A DNA stretch of 64,000 nt from Sphagnum compactum (taxonomy: Eukaryota), in contig OZ234494.1 of NCBI GenBank assembly GCA_965153455.1, positions 5,952,001 to 6,016,000 of the forward strand. The letters run 5' to 3'. The notes below the pieces were generated by a model that did no database searches, was not told the origin of the DNA, and saw only the letters and a program-made list of their open reading frames with translations. The position numbers were made by a program, and so were the translations under genes. Each line of letters begins with the position of its first letter. Positions within the stretch are counted from its first letter, which is position 1. Positions 25,616-38,800 of this stretch are shown piece after piece.

Positions 25616-27526
25616 AGTGTTGGGTGGTTCTCACTAGGATCCTCGGTTTTGAGATCGGTTCTCACAATGAAGATCAAATATTGTCACATTTGATGACTAA
25701 CACTTGTCACCCAAGTGAGAACAAGGTTATTGAGAGTCAATTATTTTAATTATTAATGATTAAAATTTTCTGGAGCATTGAGTTGAATCTATGAGAGATT
25801 TAGAATCTGGTTGTCAAGGCAATAGATAAAACCACCCATTAGCAAACACATACCTATCATCAAACATTTTAAAATATTTTTTTCATTCCATAAAAAAATT
25901 GAATGATTTTTTGTATCATTGGACACACATATTAGAAAGTTACAAAATAAACCAAAGCACCTAAAAAGGGGGAATACAAGGAACAAAATGGAAGGACCCA
26001 TGTTTAAGAAGACAAAGAAAATTGCCTACAAGGACAAACCACAAAGGGAACATCAAGTTCTTGAACCCTCCTATTGCGAGAAGCATATCAAATAAAGAAA
26101 GGGGAAGACCTCCTAAAAGGACACCTAGCCTGAAAGAACCTTCACCTGCTACAATAACATGTTTCAAAATAGAAATCGCCTACACGTGCTCTAACACCAC
26201 TAACACCTTTTGCCTACACATGCTCTAACACCACTAACACCTTTTGCTTATAAAATGCGCACAAAATTGAAAGGGGAAGGCCTCAAGTGCCTTTTGCTCC
26301 CCACGGCTTGTTGGCACATTGATGAAAAAATTCGTCCACCTACTTTGGTGTAAACATCCAAAAACCTCTACAACAAAAGGAATAAACATGTTTGCTGGGA
26401 ACTAATTGTGATAAAGACCATCTTTCACTTGAGTCGTAATTGTCAGAACAACTCCACGAAAAAGAATAGCCCATTAAACCAAATCAACTCAAGTGGAGTC
26501 AACGATGACAACATTTGTCAACATGCAGACACCATTGACTGATAGCACAATATTGATTTGACAACGTGAAGACTATAGGGCAAGGAGTAGAAGGACATGG
26601 GTTTGCTTTCGTGAGACATGAAATCCCACCTATCTTGCAATGGCTATGAAAACATTTCGCATAACATCATGTGAAGTTGTTTTCTCCCCACCATGCATGC
26701 AATGAAAAATATGAATCCCCATAAGATCCAAAGGCTAGCTACAAATGTATTGTGACACCCCAAAGACTAAAGGATGGGAAATACCTAATTTAATGTGTAA
26801 TGTGGGTGGAAAAAATTTGAAAACAAGTGAAAAAAAAGAATGATTGGGCGTGTAAACTAGGCACTTGCACCTAGCCTTGCACACAATTTCAAACACACTC
26901 ATTGTGAAATAAAAAGGTAAATAAGAACAGATGCTAACAAAGAAATGGTAGTGCAATCTTTCTAAAATACTTTCTTAAAGGTAATCCACACTTCTTTTGG
27001 CCAACTGCTCAAAATGAGGGACACATGCTACAGCCTTCACAGGAAGAAGCTCTCACGTTGATAATTTACTTCAGTTGTTTTGAAAAAATAGCTTTAGACC
27101 TTTCTCATGTTTTAGTCCCATATCTTGTTCAATTTTAGTCCATTTTGAATCATTTAAAACTTGATGAGAGTGTCAACTAAAAACTTCTTTCTATTTCAAA
27201 AGCAAAGATGTAACAATCCAAAAATTTAAAGTTGAAATCTTAATATGTTTCAATTCTTCTATTACCAATTGTTGAACCCCCTTACACCAAATGCCCCATA
27301 CCTTCATCATAAATTTTTAATTTTTAATTTGAAAATCGGATATGAAAACCGACTATTATCATGTTTGTGAGAATCGTTTTATTCGAGAACTGACCTAATT
27401 TTTAAAACTTTAATATGATACTCTGATCAATTCTCTTTCTTTAAATTTTTTTTTTGAAAAATTGAGGTTGTTATCTCAACTATTGTGAAGAATCGAAACC
27501 CAAAAAGAGAAAATTGCCCAACACTA
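25616..27526. mobile_element. Degenerate TIR element (AGTGTTGGG...CCCAACACT) hosting a retroelement fragment
   Basis: Inverted termini AGTGTTGGGTGGTT / AATTGCCCAACACT plus the inner pair TCGGTTCTCACAAT / ATTGTGAAGAATCGA. No conserved TSD. Confidence 0.45.
26050..27040 (-). mobile_element. 3' fragment of a CRE/R2-type non-LTR retrotransposon (zinc knuckle + restriction-like endonuclease), decayed
   Basis: Minus-strand translation ICS*PLDLMGIHIFHCMHGGEKTTSHDVMRNVF (CCHC knuckle + RHD-like motif). It is followed by INIVLSVNG, VDEFFHQCANKPWGAKGT*GLPLSILCAFYKQKVLVVL and AGEGSFRLGVLLGGLPLSLFDMLLAIGG, with many stops. Confidence 0.7.
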
Positions 27527-27889
27527 GTTCAAACTCATGAAATAGTAATCACACAACCTTCCTTTCCTAGACCTCTGATAAGTTCCAATGTTCATAAAAA
27601 AGATGAACCTGGGCGCCCTCCCCAAAAACTCGGGGAAGCTCTCTCCCTCTCTCTCGCTTAAGTGCTAGGCTAATCTATTGACATCCAATTTGGTTCCTCC
27701 ACAAAATCCATCCACACACATCTTGAAAGTCCGTGATTCATTCATCAATTTGTAACATGTTCTCCAAGGATCACCCAAAAGGAGAGGACAATGGAAGCAT
27801 CACCACCTTCAACCTTGTAAAAGGGGCTTTGTTTGAGGGGCAAGGGTTTGTTTGATCAATGGCAGGTGATAGGTGTGTGGGAGCGAATT

Positions 27890-28027
27890 TAAGAGTGTAG
27901 TGCACACTATGGGACTAAATGTAAAGGAAGTTTACCAATGTGCAAGAACTTGCAATGGGTTAAGAGTGTAGTGCACACTATGGGACTAAATGTAAAGGAA
28001 GCTTCCCAATGTGCAAGAACTTGCAAT
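27890..28027. repeat. Tandem duplication, 71-bp period
   Basis: TAAGAGTGTAGTGCACACTATGGGACTAAATGTAAAGGAAG..CCAATGTGCAAGAACTTGCAAT twice. Confidence 0.9.
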
Positions 28028-28689
28028 AAGTCCTACGACAATGAATCAAGGAATATCCCCACAGAATGCAACACCTAAGCTCCTCATATCTACTCAAGAA
28101 ACAATAGAAAAATGCAATCCATCACGTAGTGAAACTATCATGTAACCTAGAAACTTGCATATCCACCAAATAGAAAAGAAAAAAAAGAAGGTTAGCAAAA
28201 GGAGGAAAATAATGATATATGTGTTATTATAAAATGGGAACAATTTGTCCTAGATTTTTTCTTTTCTTGATTAATAACAAATTTGGGGCATGGCATTTGA
28301 TGAAATAAAGGTGTAAAATACCAATCACTTCAAACTTACTTAGTTGTAAACATAATTGCATGTCAGATGACCTCATTTACTTCATGCATAACAATAATTT
28401 GTATTCCTTGACATAAGATTAAAAACACATTTAGTAAGCCAATAGGTTATGTTGGAGTTGGAGTTGGGTTGGGTTGGTAACTTGAGTTAGGTTGGTTTAG
28501 GTTTTGGGGAAAGAAATACTAAAATTGAGTTTTGCAAAATTTCCTATTTTGTTTTGTTTTTGCAGCTGGGGGGGGGGGGGGGGGTTGGGTGGGGTGGGGT
28601 GGGGGGGAACTGGGGAGGGCTCAAAACTGTGAATTCTTTCACTAATAATGTGTCAATCCATCATGCATCGTGGGTTTTATATCCGTCCA

Positions 28690-29425
28690 TAAATACAAAG
28701 TCATCATCATCATCATCATCATCCACTCCATGCATCATTCATTCATCCATCCAGCCATCCATGATCCATCAATGATTCAGTGCCTAGTGAGTTTCACAAC
28801 TGTCCACAAACACGAAGTCATCATCATCATCATCTACTCATGCATCATTCATTCATCCATCCAGCCATCCATGATCCATCAATGATTCTGTGCCTAGTGA
28901 GTTTCACAACTGTCCACAAACACGAAGTCATCATCATCATCATCATCATCCACTCCATGCATCATTCATTCATCCATCCAGCCATCCATGATCCATCAAT
29001 GATTCTGTGCCTAGTGAGTTTCACAACTGTCCACAAACACGAAGTCGTCATCATCATCATCATCATCCACTCCATGCATCATTCATTCATCCATCCAGCC
29101 ATCCATGATCCATCAATGATTCTGTGCCTAGTGAGTTTCACAACTGTCCACAAACACGAAGTCATCATCATCATCATCATCATCCACTCCATGCATCATT
29201 CATTCATCCATCCAGCCATCCATGATCCATCAATGATTCAGTGCCTAGTGAGTTTCACAACTGTCCACAAACACGAAGTCATCATCATCTACTCATGCAT
29301 CATTCATTCATCCATCCACCCATCATCATACATGCCCCATGGGTTTTACAATCCGTCCATGAACACGAAGTCATCATCATCCACTCATGCGTCATCCATC
29401 CATCCATCCATCCATCCATCCATCA
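28690..29425. repeat. Minisatellite, ~5-6 copies of a 110-117-bp unit containing (CAT)n/(CATC)n
   Basis: TCCATCAATGATTC(A/T)GTGCCTAGTGAGTTTCACAACTGTCCACAAACACGAAGTC recurs at 28765, 28875, 28992, 29109 and 29226. Confidence 0.95.
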
Positions 29426-30395
29426 TGCCTCCTTGGCTTTGCATCCATCCACTCCCCTCGTTGGTTTCTGGAGTGTCCGCTGCTGGTCGACTCCAGCTTT
29501 CTCCCATGTTTTCTCCCCCCCCCCCCCCCCCGCCCCCCCCCTCTCTCTCTCTCTCTCCTTCCTGCTCGTCTTCTTCTTCATCATCATCTTCTTTGTCTTT
29601 CTTCTGCATCATCAACTCGGTAGTGTAATTGCAGAGTGCACAGTAGTAGCATGCTTTTGGTTTTTTTTTTCCCTTTTTCTTGGTGGGTTTTTCTGTTGTT
29701 TTTGCAGCGAGAGTGTGTAGAAAACTTATTTGTGCTATATTACTAATTGCTGCAGCAGCAACAACAACAACTGGAAGCAAAGCTTCTTTTGTCCAGCTCT
29801 TCCTCTAGTACTCCTCGACTTCTAGTTCCTGTGCTCAATGATATGAATGCTATTGCAGCAGCAGCAGCAGCAGCAGCAGAAGATTGTATCCATCCATCCA
29901 GAGATAGATATATTAATCCAGACTAGATGTCTGTCTATATTCTTAAGAATTGTTCATGTTATGATTTTGATTACATGTTTTCATCAGTCTTGGAGCAATG
30001 GATCAGTTTACTGCTAGTGAATATCATGTACTAGCAGTGTCATCAGCTGCTGTGCTGCAGCTTGCTTCGTCCTGTACTCCTCTTTCAGTTCTGTTTCTTC
30101 TTTTGGTTTTTTTATTTTTGTTTGTTTGTTTCCTCAAAACCAGCAGTTAGCTATAAGCTTCTGTAAGTCTGGTTGCAAGGGTTACGAGTACTCGTGCAGC
30201 ACAGTTTTTATTATACCGAGTTTCAGCTTCAGATCTTAAAATGAATATTTCTATTATAAATTCTGCACGTCGTAGTAGTCCAGTACTGATCCATTTGGAA
30301 AACCATCTCGTTTTCGGCTGCCGGCTGATCATTCATTAGTTGCGGAGAGAGAAAGAGACAGAGAGAGCGACAGCGAGGAGCTAGAGTTTGCAAGA

Positions 30396-33240
30396 ATGAG
30401 TACTAGAGTGGCGTTACCTGCTGCTGCTGCTGCAGCAGCAGCAGCAGCTGGTGACGATCTGCGAAGAGGGGCGTGGACTGCGGAAGAAGATGAGAAGCTG
30501 CTAGCTTACGTTGGCTCACATGGTACTGGACACTGGCGTAGCGTTGGCAGGAAAGCAGGTGCTAATGCTCCATGTTTCTACTCACTTGCGTTGCTGCAGT
30601 AGTAGTAGTAGTGGTAGTAGTGGTCTTTTCCATTATTCTTCTTGTTCTTGTTCTTCTTCTGTGATGGAAGCTTGCTTGCTTGCTTGCTGTAAGTCTGATG
30701 GAGAAGTGTATTACTGGATGCTGCATGATGTGATGGTTTTGCAGGTCTGCAGAGATGTGGCAAGAGTTGTCGCTTACGCTGGACTAACTACTTGCGCCCT
30801 AACATCCGCCATGGAAGCTTCACTCCTGATGAAGAAGACCTCATTGTCAAGCTCCATTCCTCTCTTGGCAGCAGGTTGTTGATCCATCAGCGGGTCTTTT
30901 ACTAGCTCTGATATAATAATATCATGCAGTGATTCTTCTTCTTCTTCTTCTTCTTCGATTCTCATGTTGCTCGATGCAGGACCTGCTGCTGCATGCGGCG
31001 GGGGAATTGGGTTGCAGCATTAGCTAGCATTTGACATGATGTTTTGGATTTGTTTCTCATGTTCTACATGTTGTTGTTGTTGTTGTACTAGATGGTCTCT
31101 CATAGCTGCCAAGATGCCAGGGCGCACGGACAACGACATCAAGAACCATTGGAATACGCGGCTGAAGAAGAAGCTGTGTAACATGGGCATCGACCCTGTT
31201 ACGCACAAACCCATCTCAGAGCTCCTGCGCGACATTGCAGCAGTGGAGGACGCGCGGGCCACCGGGGGAGCTTCAGCTGCTGCAGGACTAGGCAATCCGG
31301 TAATACAACAATCAACTCTCCATTCAAACCTGTCCACCACAAACCCTTCCTTCCTTCTTTCCTCCGATCATCATCATCATCATCATCTTATATTGTCGCA
31401 TGCTCAGCTGATGATCAGACTGTTGTCATGATCCTTTTTGTCATCCTTCGCTTCAAGACTAATCCGCCGCGAGTTTGATGATGATGCATGCATGCGGTGG
31501 GGACGGTGGTCGCACATACAGATGGTAGCGGGGGAAGAAGCCCGCAGGTGCTTCAGCGACAACCTTCTGCGGAAAGCTGTGCGTGACTATACAAGGACAT
31601 CTTCCACTGCAGCAGCTGCTGCTGGACCGTCTAAGTACGACTCTCTCTCTTGTGCAGCCGCCACGGATCACGTCTTCAATCTCGATCACCAGAGCTGCTC
31701 TGATCATCAGCAGCTCGGCGGGCAGACAGCTGATCATTGTGATGTATCGGCGATGGCACATAGCAGTTTAATACAGAATGAAGCTGCTGCCGAAGATGAT
31801 CTGCATTCCTCATGGGAGCATTCGATCACGTCCACCACGCGGTCCAACTGCAGCATGCAGGCCGGGGGCCAAGACAACAACAGCTGCTGCAGTGATCAGT
31901 TGGATGCGGCGGTCGAGCTCTCCTCCTGCTGCAGGTCCAGCAGCTGCTCCCGCAGCCCAGCTGCTTCTGATCGCGGCACTACATTCCAAAGCTTGCAGCA
32001 GGTCATGAATTCTTCTCCTCCTTCTCGCTCCTGCAAGAACAATAATATTATGCAGCACCAGAGCAGCAGCGGCAGCTTCCAATCAGCAGCAGCTGTCATC
32101 TGCATGCAGCAAGCTGCAGCAGCTTGTGAGGAACCCGCAATTGGCTGCAGAAGAAACAACTTCAATCTAGTTACCGATCAATGTCTTGCAGCAGATACGT
32201 CCCACTGCAATCCCGCCACTTCCAGCTTCCATCAGCAGCTCTCAGCAGCAACAGCAGCTAGTGACAGGACGTCCTCGACATCATCAAATTCTCTGGTGAG
32301 TGCCTGCAGCAGACCTGCAGCACTGCATTTCTTGCCTATGCAGCAGGATCATCATCATCATGCAGCTCATCTCCCTGCTGCATGCAGCAGCAACTGGCCC
32401 TGCAGCACAATCATGAATGGTACGGCCTGCACGTCCTGCTGCAGTGGAAGCTACTTAGATCACCAACAAGCTGCAATTCCCAGCTCCACCAACATGAAGC
32501 TCCAGCAGTTGCCGCCTACAAGCTGCATGAGATTCAGCACTGTAGAGCAACCCGACTTGCAGCTGCTGCAGATGAAGCGCCTGCAACAGCAACAACCAAC
32601 AGGGCTAGCTAATTTCAATTACCACCCAACTGCAGCTGAAGCAGCAGCAACAGCAGCTAGTGTCACTGCTCCTGCTCCACGTTTCTCACACTCCATATTG
32701 CAGCAGCAGCAGCAGCAGGAGGATTTCAAAAGACCACAGTCAAGTCCGCACCAGCAGCTAATGCAGCAGCAGGATCATCATCGTCATCACCATCATCATC
32801 GTCAGCTGGATCAGGTTGTAAGCTCCTCCAGTGCAGCCAGACGTCAGTATAATCAGAGTCCTGCTGCTTCTTTCAACTTGCAGCAAGCATCAGCTGCAGG
32901 CTCCCAAGAAGCAGCAGTAGCAGCAGCTCCATATCTCAGTCTCAGAGAACCACTATCACCAGTAGCAGCAGCAGCTTACAACAACACTGACCCAGCTGCT
33001 GTCACCCCTGCAGCACCTCAACTGTTGTTGTCCAGTTTTGCTGCTAGACCTCCAGCAGCAGCAGCAGCAGCAGCTCCTCTCTCTAGCTTCAATGGACCAG
33101 CTACTTTGATATCCAGCTTCAGTAGTAGTACTGCAGGACCCATGACTCATGTGGCTCCGAGTACTGGGATTCGAACAGCTCATAGCCATCACTACGATCT
33201 TCAAAGCCCTAGAATGGTCCTTTGGGATTTCCAGGAGTAG
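30396..33240 (+). CDS. R2R3-MYB transcription factor (MYB80/TDF1-like GIDPVTHKP group), 4 exons, ~739 aa
   Basis: Exons 30396-30558, 30745-30874, 31092-31299, 31522-33240, all GT-AG with consistent phases and the canonical 130-bp exon 2. R2 [13 protein letters not shown]...[20 protein letters not shown]3 [29 protein letters not shown]; then [19 protein letters not shown] and a long S/Q/A/H-rich tail. The exon 3/4 junction is the least certain. Confidence 0.93.
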
Positions 33241-35421
33241 AGAAATGCTCATAAGTTGGGATCATTGGGGAGCTCCAAGATCATCATCCCACCTGCTTGC
33301 ATGCAATCCCATCATCTTGTCAAGATATCCAGCTTCTTGCAGTATATGTCAGTTGTGATGCCAGCAGTTTTGTACACTGGGTTTAGGGCTTTAGGCTGAT
33401 CATTCATTCATCCACAGCTGCTGCTGCTGCTAACATATGATCTCTCTCTCTGTCTCATATTTCCAAGCTCCTTCCTGCAACCAAATTGCAGACAATCTGT
33501 TGGCAGATATAATCAAATTGTTTCTCTACAACAACTGTGCCTTAGATGAGAAATTCTTGAGAAAGAAATTTAGCAGTTCTACCACTCTTCAAGGTTGGTC
33601 TTCACACACAGGCATGTTTGTTTTGGATGGATTTGGAAACTTTATGCCAAATGAAAGGATTTTTCACATGTGATTGGTAAAAAAATTTCAAAACAAGAAG
33701 ATGCATGATGAGAACTCAATGAAATTCATTGCTTTGAAGGTGGTGGTACCAAATTGTTGAATGAACCAGTATGTATATTCAGCTTTTTTCATGTGTAAGA
33801 GAATTTCTGGCATCACAAACCCTAAATAATGATCTAACAGTTTGGAAGTATCAACAAACTTGCAGCTTCAAAGTACTGAGAATTGCATGAAATTGACCTT
33901 TTATGAATATAGAACTAAACATACATAAATATATATGCAATGTACAATATGTATGTTCTTTGTGTTTTGTACTCATTTTGTCTCCAGCAATTATTTGAGA
34001 GGGTTAGTCAAGAACAAATTTGAGCATGCATTCTCTCTCTGGGGAGTAGGTTTTCTCTGAAGTACTAGATCTCTAACTTTGTGTAAGACAATTGGGTGAT
34101 GCTTAAATTGTTCAAAATGATACATCTCAAAGTGGGCACCATAATGCAGAAGTTCAAGAAGAAATCACAGGAGATAATATTATATAACTAGATCAGGTCA
34201 ACTGGTTTTTTGCATTCTGCGAGTTGAATGTTGAAATTTTGTTTTTTGGGTACTACATAATAAAAGTAAACTGGTGTCCTAGTGACTGTGTAAGAGGCAA
34301 TGATGCATTGTCAGACTGTGTTTTTGCTTCTGATGGAAACAGTTCAGGATTCTTGTTTCTGAAGGGAAGAGTACTGCACGACAATTGGTGTTTGAAAGCA
34401 GAGTGTTGTTGCTAGACTTTCAGTACCCAGGACTCTCAGGAGGTACACATGGAAACTCAAAAGCAACCCAAAAGAAAAACTTTGTATATTGAGTTGTACT
34501 CTCTTATCTTTGGCATTTTGTTTTCATTGTGAGTACAAGGAGAGACGGTATCAGATTTCAGAAAGGAATTTCTTTATTGTGTACTCATGAGAAGCAATGT
34601 AAACAATTCATATATTCCAATTGTTTGAGCAACAAGAGCTTTAAAAATGCTCGGTGCAAAAAGTGTTCATCAACAATTTGTGATTGAGCCTTTGGTAATA
34701 CACCACCAGGGCATGAATGATAAATCCCCTAGTATGTCAATAGTAGTATTTCAAACTTGGTGTTGGAATAAACTTGTTTTATTCAACAAAAGCTTTAGAA
34801 TCATCTCTCAAAACTGACCCCAAGAGTGTGGATCTATTTAGGATAATATGCAGGTTTTATTAGATTGGTGTTTGACAACCTTAGGTTGGCAAATTCGTGG
34901 CCTTGATCAAGTATTGGAGGAAATTGGTGAATTTAAAAGTTGGAAAAATTTACTAGACTAAAAAAAATTGCCTACTACCACCATGTTTTTCAGTTGCATG
35001 TGTACATACATGAAGAAAACCTCTTGCAACCAATCTAGGTATGTATGTTCCTATGTGTGCACAAAGCTGCAAACGACACAAAAATGAAAGGAAGTCTTTT
35101 GCACAGCATGTTTTGAAATACTGGAAAGTTTGTTCATGGGTACTACTACTACTACTGCAGTCATTTTGCACAAGACATCATGCCATCTAAGAAATACATG
35201 GTTATGGTAGGGATTTGCAACTGCTTTCAGCCTCTACAACTGCTCAGGTATCAGCAAGAACTTACAGCAAGTATTCCTAACTGGATACCAGGCCTTGTTA
35301 TATACCCGCTTCAATACCAGGTATATACTATATACCAGTGTTGGTCTGGTATCAAGTTTTGCACATACCAGCCTGGTCCTGGTATTGGGTCAAAGACTGA
35401 TTTTTGGCTGGTATATATATG

Positions 35422-35562
35422 CACTAGTAGAAAAACTGTCTTTTGCAACTTGTCTAATGCGATTACATATGTCACAGGCAACTAAAAACCAATTGCATGA
35501 GACATTTTTTTAATTGCATATTAAAAAAAATTACAAAAAAAAAAACCATTTTTTTTCTAGTG
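35422..35562. mobile_element. 141-bp CACTA-type miniature element
   Basis: CACTAGTAGAAAAA...TTTTTCTAGTG termini; flanked by TATG/TATG; interrupts a dispersed repeat. Confidence 0.6.
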
Positions 35563-35740
35563 TATGAATCAGGTACATACATATATGCCCGATATTGAGA
35601 CTTGTCTAAAAACTGGTACTAGGCTGGCTTTACCTGAGGTCCCTACTAAGCTGGTATAGGTAGAAGCTGGCTGATATTCTGTCAACACATACCAGAGTGA
35701 TAGGGTGCTTGCTAACCAGAATTATGTGGGTGTTGATATA

Positions 35741-35894
35741 CATTACTACAAAATGTGGGTGCAGTTCACTAGTCCCCATTCAATAGACCAATGAATTCAC
35801 TACTTCTTCACTTGTCCCCGTTCATTACAACTAGTGAATTCACTCAAAATCCACTGAAATCACTTGACATACAGGGACATCTTTTGTTGTAGTG
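35741..35894. mobile_element. 154-bp CACTA-type miniature element
   Basis: CATTACTACAAAATG...CATCTTTTGTTGTAGTG termini with a 3-bp TSD ATA/ATA. Confidence 0.7.
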
Positions 35895-38800
35895 ATACCA
35901 GGCGCATGCCTATATACCCGACCAGCACTGGTGGTATATATATACCTGCCTCATACTAGCCAAAAATCAGTCTTACACCCCAATAACAAGACCATCTTTG
36001 GTATGAAAGCTTTAAAGAGAAGCCCATACCTGGACCAAGACTGGAATTGATGTTTTTTCTAAAATACCCAACACCGCAACCTGGCTGCTTTGATTCTTTT
36101 TTTTTCCTAAAATGCCCAATCGGCATCTCAACAACCAGGTGGATATGATGTTTTCTTAAACGCCCAACATCAGGACTAGGCACAATTTTTAAAAAAAATT
36201 TAACTGCCAAAATTTCGCTTAAAATCAAAAATTCAAATTCAAAATAAAAGTGATTTTGAAGAATTCCAGTCACAAGAAGTGAGGAAATGTTTTTAAAAAC
36301 AATTTCCAGAATTTGGTAATATGGTTTTCATTGTGTAGCCAAAAATACAGAAGGATGATGAAAGATTTGTACTTTAATTTCTGGTTGATATAGCCAGATT
36401 TGGCTAAATCTTCCTAGGGATGATTGCCCATTTCTTCTTACATCTTCCTATGGATGATAACCGCTTTTGGCTACAAAAAAAAAGAAAGCCAAATTCATAA
36501 ATTAAAACACTGGGACTAGGCCAATATGTTCTCTCTCTCTCTCCCTCTGTGTGTGCCTGAAAGGAAGTGTCCCCCTAATATAACTAGAAATTGCTTCATT
36601 TACATGTACTTGGCCACGACCTTTGGAACCTGAAGATAATTAATGCAGTCTTCCAGACAAATTGTCAGAGGAGATCATCCATTAATAATTTTAATTCATA
36701 CATGTCTGTTACAGTTTTCACGCAGCCAAGTTGAGGCTTTTGAGGAGAGGACAAGAGAGGGGAGGGGAAATGGAAGGGCAGGAGGGTGTGGTGAGTGGAG
36801 TGACTGTGGTTGTCCTTCAATAATTTAGTTGGAAAGATGTGGGCAAAGATGTGCTCAGAGAGTTACTAGAGAGTTGTGCCTTATGGTGTTTCTTTTCCAA
36901 TTATGAGGACCCATTTGGGAAAGTGGTCTTATTAATGAGCTCCAAATGTTTTGTCAGAATCTTTCTCTCAAGTCTCAACTGTGGTGGGTGGTGGTACTAT
37001 TGCCTGCTTCCAGCTTCTTCTCGTATATTGGGTCAATAGTGGTTTTGCGTGGGGGAGCTCACATAAACTAACTGGTCAGACACGATGAATTTTGCGCTGT
37101 GATTCCCTTTCAGCAGCAGCTGCTGCTAAGACTCAAGAGTTTCCATCTTGTTACCCCCACTTAATTCATTTGCAAGTCTCAGTTTTAGTTTTTTGGGTGG
37201 GGTTGGAAAAAAGTAGCTAACTAATCTTAATTGTTTGAAATATTTTGGCCGGTTCACATATTGAGCACCATCACTGGGGAAACTCTGAGGTGCCCAATTT
37301 CTTTACTCTAAATGAATTTGGTTCTTTTGTGTGCTCTTGCCTGGTTTTGTGAATCAATTTCACCTCAACAATTACAGGAAAATTAAGTATTTCAGCCAAT
37401 TTTTGGTGTTTTGGAGTTGAGCAAATTACTTCAACTGGAAAAAAAAAATTCTCGACTTCAAAATGGAGCTCAACCTTTATATGTATATGGGCTGTAACTT
37501 CGAAATAACAGCTTTGAAGAATGATTGCAAGAATGGCAACTTCTATAAATGTCCCCAAAAAAAAAGAATCCTTCCAGTTGCCACATGTGAACTCACACAC
37601 ATGTTTTTCTTTTTGGTGAGAAAGTACTTTGTTTGCATTTTCTTGCAAACTCAACGATTTCTTCTGGTTTTGGGGGGCAATTTAGAAAATGTGGGTTCTT
37701 CATGGCTGGCTTCCCATATGTCGATACTTATATATACAGGGAGGTATGGAGATTTGTAGCTGACTGTATGTTTATGATACGTGGCTCTAGCAGTCAAAAG
37801 AAGATGAAGCGCATGCATGTATGTGTGTACCATTTTGCCTGCATTCAAAGGCTGTGTGAGCGGATTCAAGGAGGGGGAAAAAAATTGTTGGGGCCAACAA
37901 CAACTCAGGGACTGCATCCAGGACCATTTTCACATGTGCAAGGGAGAAAGCAAAATTGCAAGGTCTGATGTTTTACTTATAATAGAGTTATCCTACAAAT
38001 AGAATTACTCTTGAACCTTGTGCATTAAAAATGCATTTCATACCCAGATTTAATAAAATTTCCTTACTTTGCGGATTTCACTGAAAGAGGGGATAGTGGG
38101 TTTCAAAAGCAGAGGAGATAGGGGGTGAAACAGAGGGTGACTTTACGGATAACTCTAATATGAACTAGATTTCTAAAAACTATTTACAAACATTTCTGTT
38201 CATTGTCTGGGATTCCAGGCTCCAGCTTCCCATACAATGTGCTGGGAAGTTGCAATTCTACTTGCAATATGGTAATGTGATGATTCTCTTGTGAAATGGT
38301 AGGAATTCTTATGATTGGGATCAATTATACTCAGGTTGATAATCAATGGGTATCTGTAGCAGATTCTAATAACCACACAACAATGGTAAGAACCCTTCAT
38401 TTCAAGAGGTTGCTTGTAATCAGTATAACCATACCATGGTTTGGAAAACTAAACTGGAGTCCCCAAGTTTATGTGGGATTAGAGGATTAGAGGGTTTAGA
38501 GGTTTAGAGGTTGGGGCCAAAAATGGGAAATTTGAGCATTTCTTGGCTCATCATTTGGCCCCGCATTACTAATATAAATTCTATTTGTTTGGGGGCCAAT
38601 GAGGTTATGTGTAAAGCCATTAAGGCCAAAAAGTAAGGACCAAGGCTTCTTCAACTTCTCATATACTTTCTTTCTTGGTATCATTCTTCTTTTCATCTTT
38701 GCTTCCTTTTTCATGCTAAACGTTCAAAGTTAGACCACTATGGATGAGCATAAACACAAGAAGATTCTTGTAACTCTTGTGTTTGTCGCGGTCATATCCC

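Noticed and set aside
28780..29628. 282-aa ORF with repeated His/Ile-rich units
   Set aside because: Artefact of the 117-bp (39-codon) minisatellite and (CAT)n tracts; it has no ATG start and no domain.
36730..36752. TTGAGGCTTTTGAGGAGAG resembling a miR477 complement
   Set aside because: Several mismatches and a gap; no hairpin or host transcript evident.
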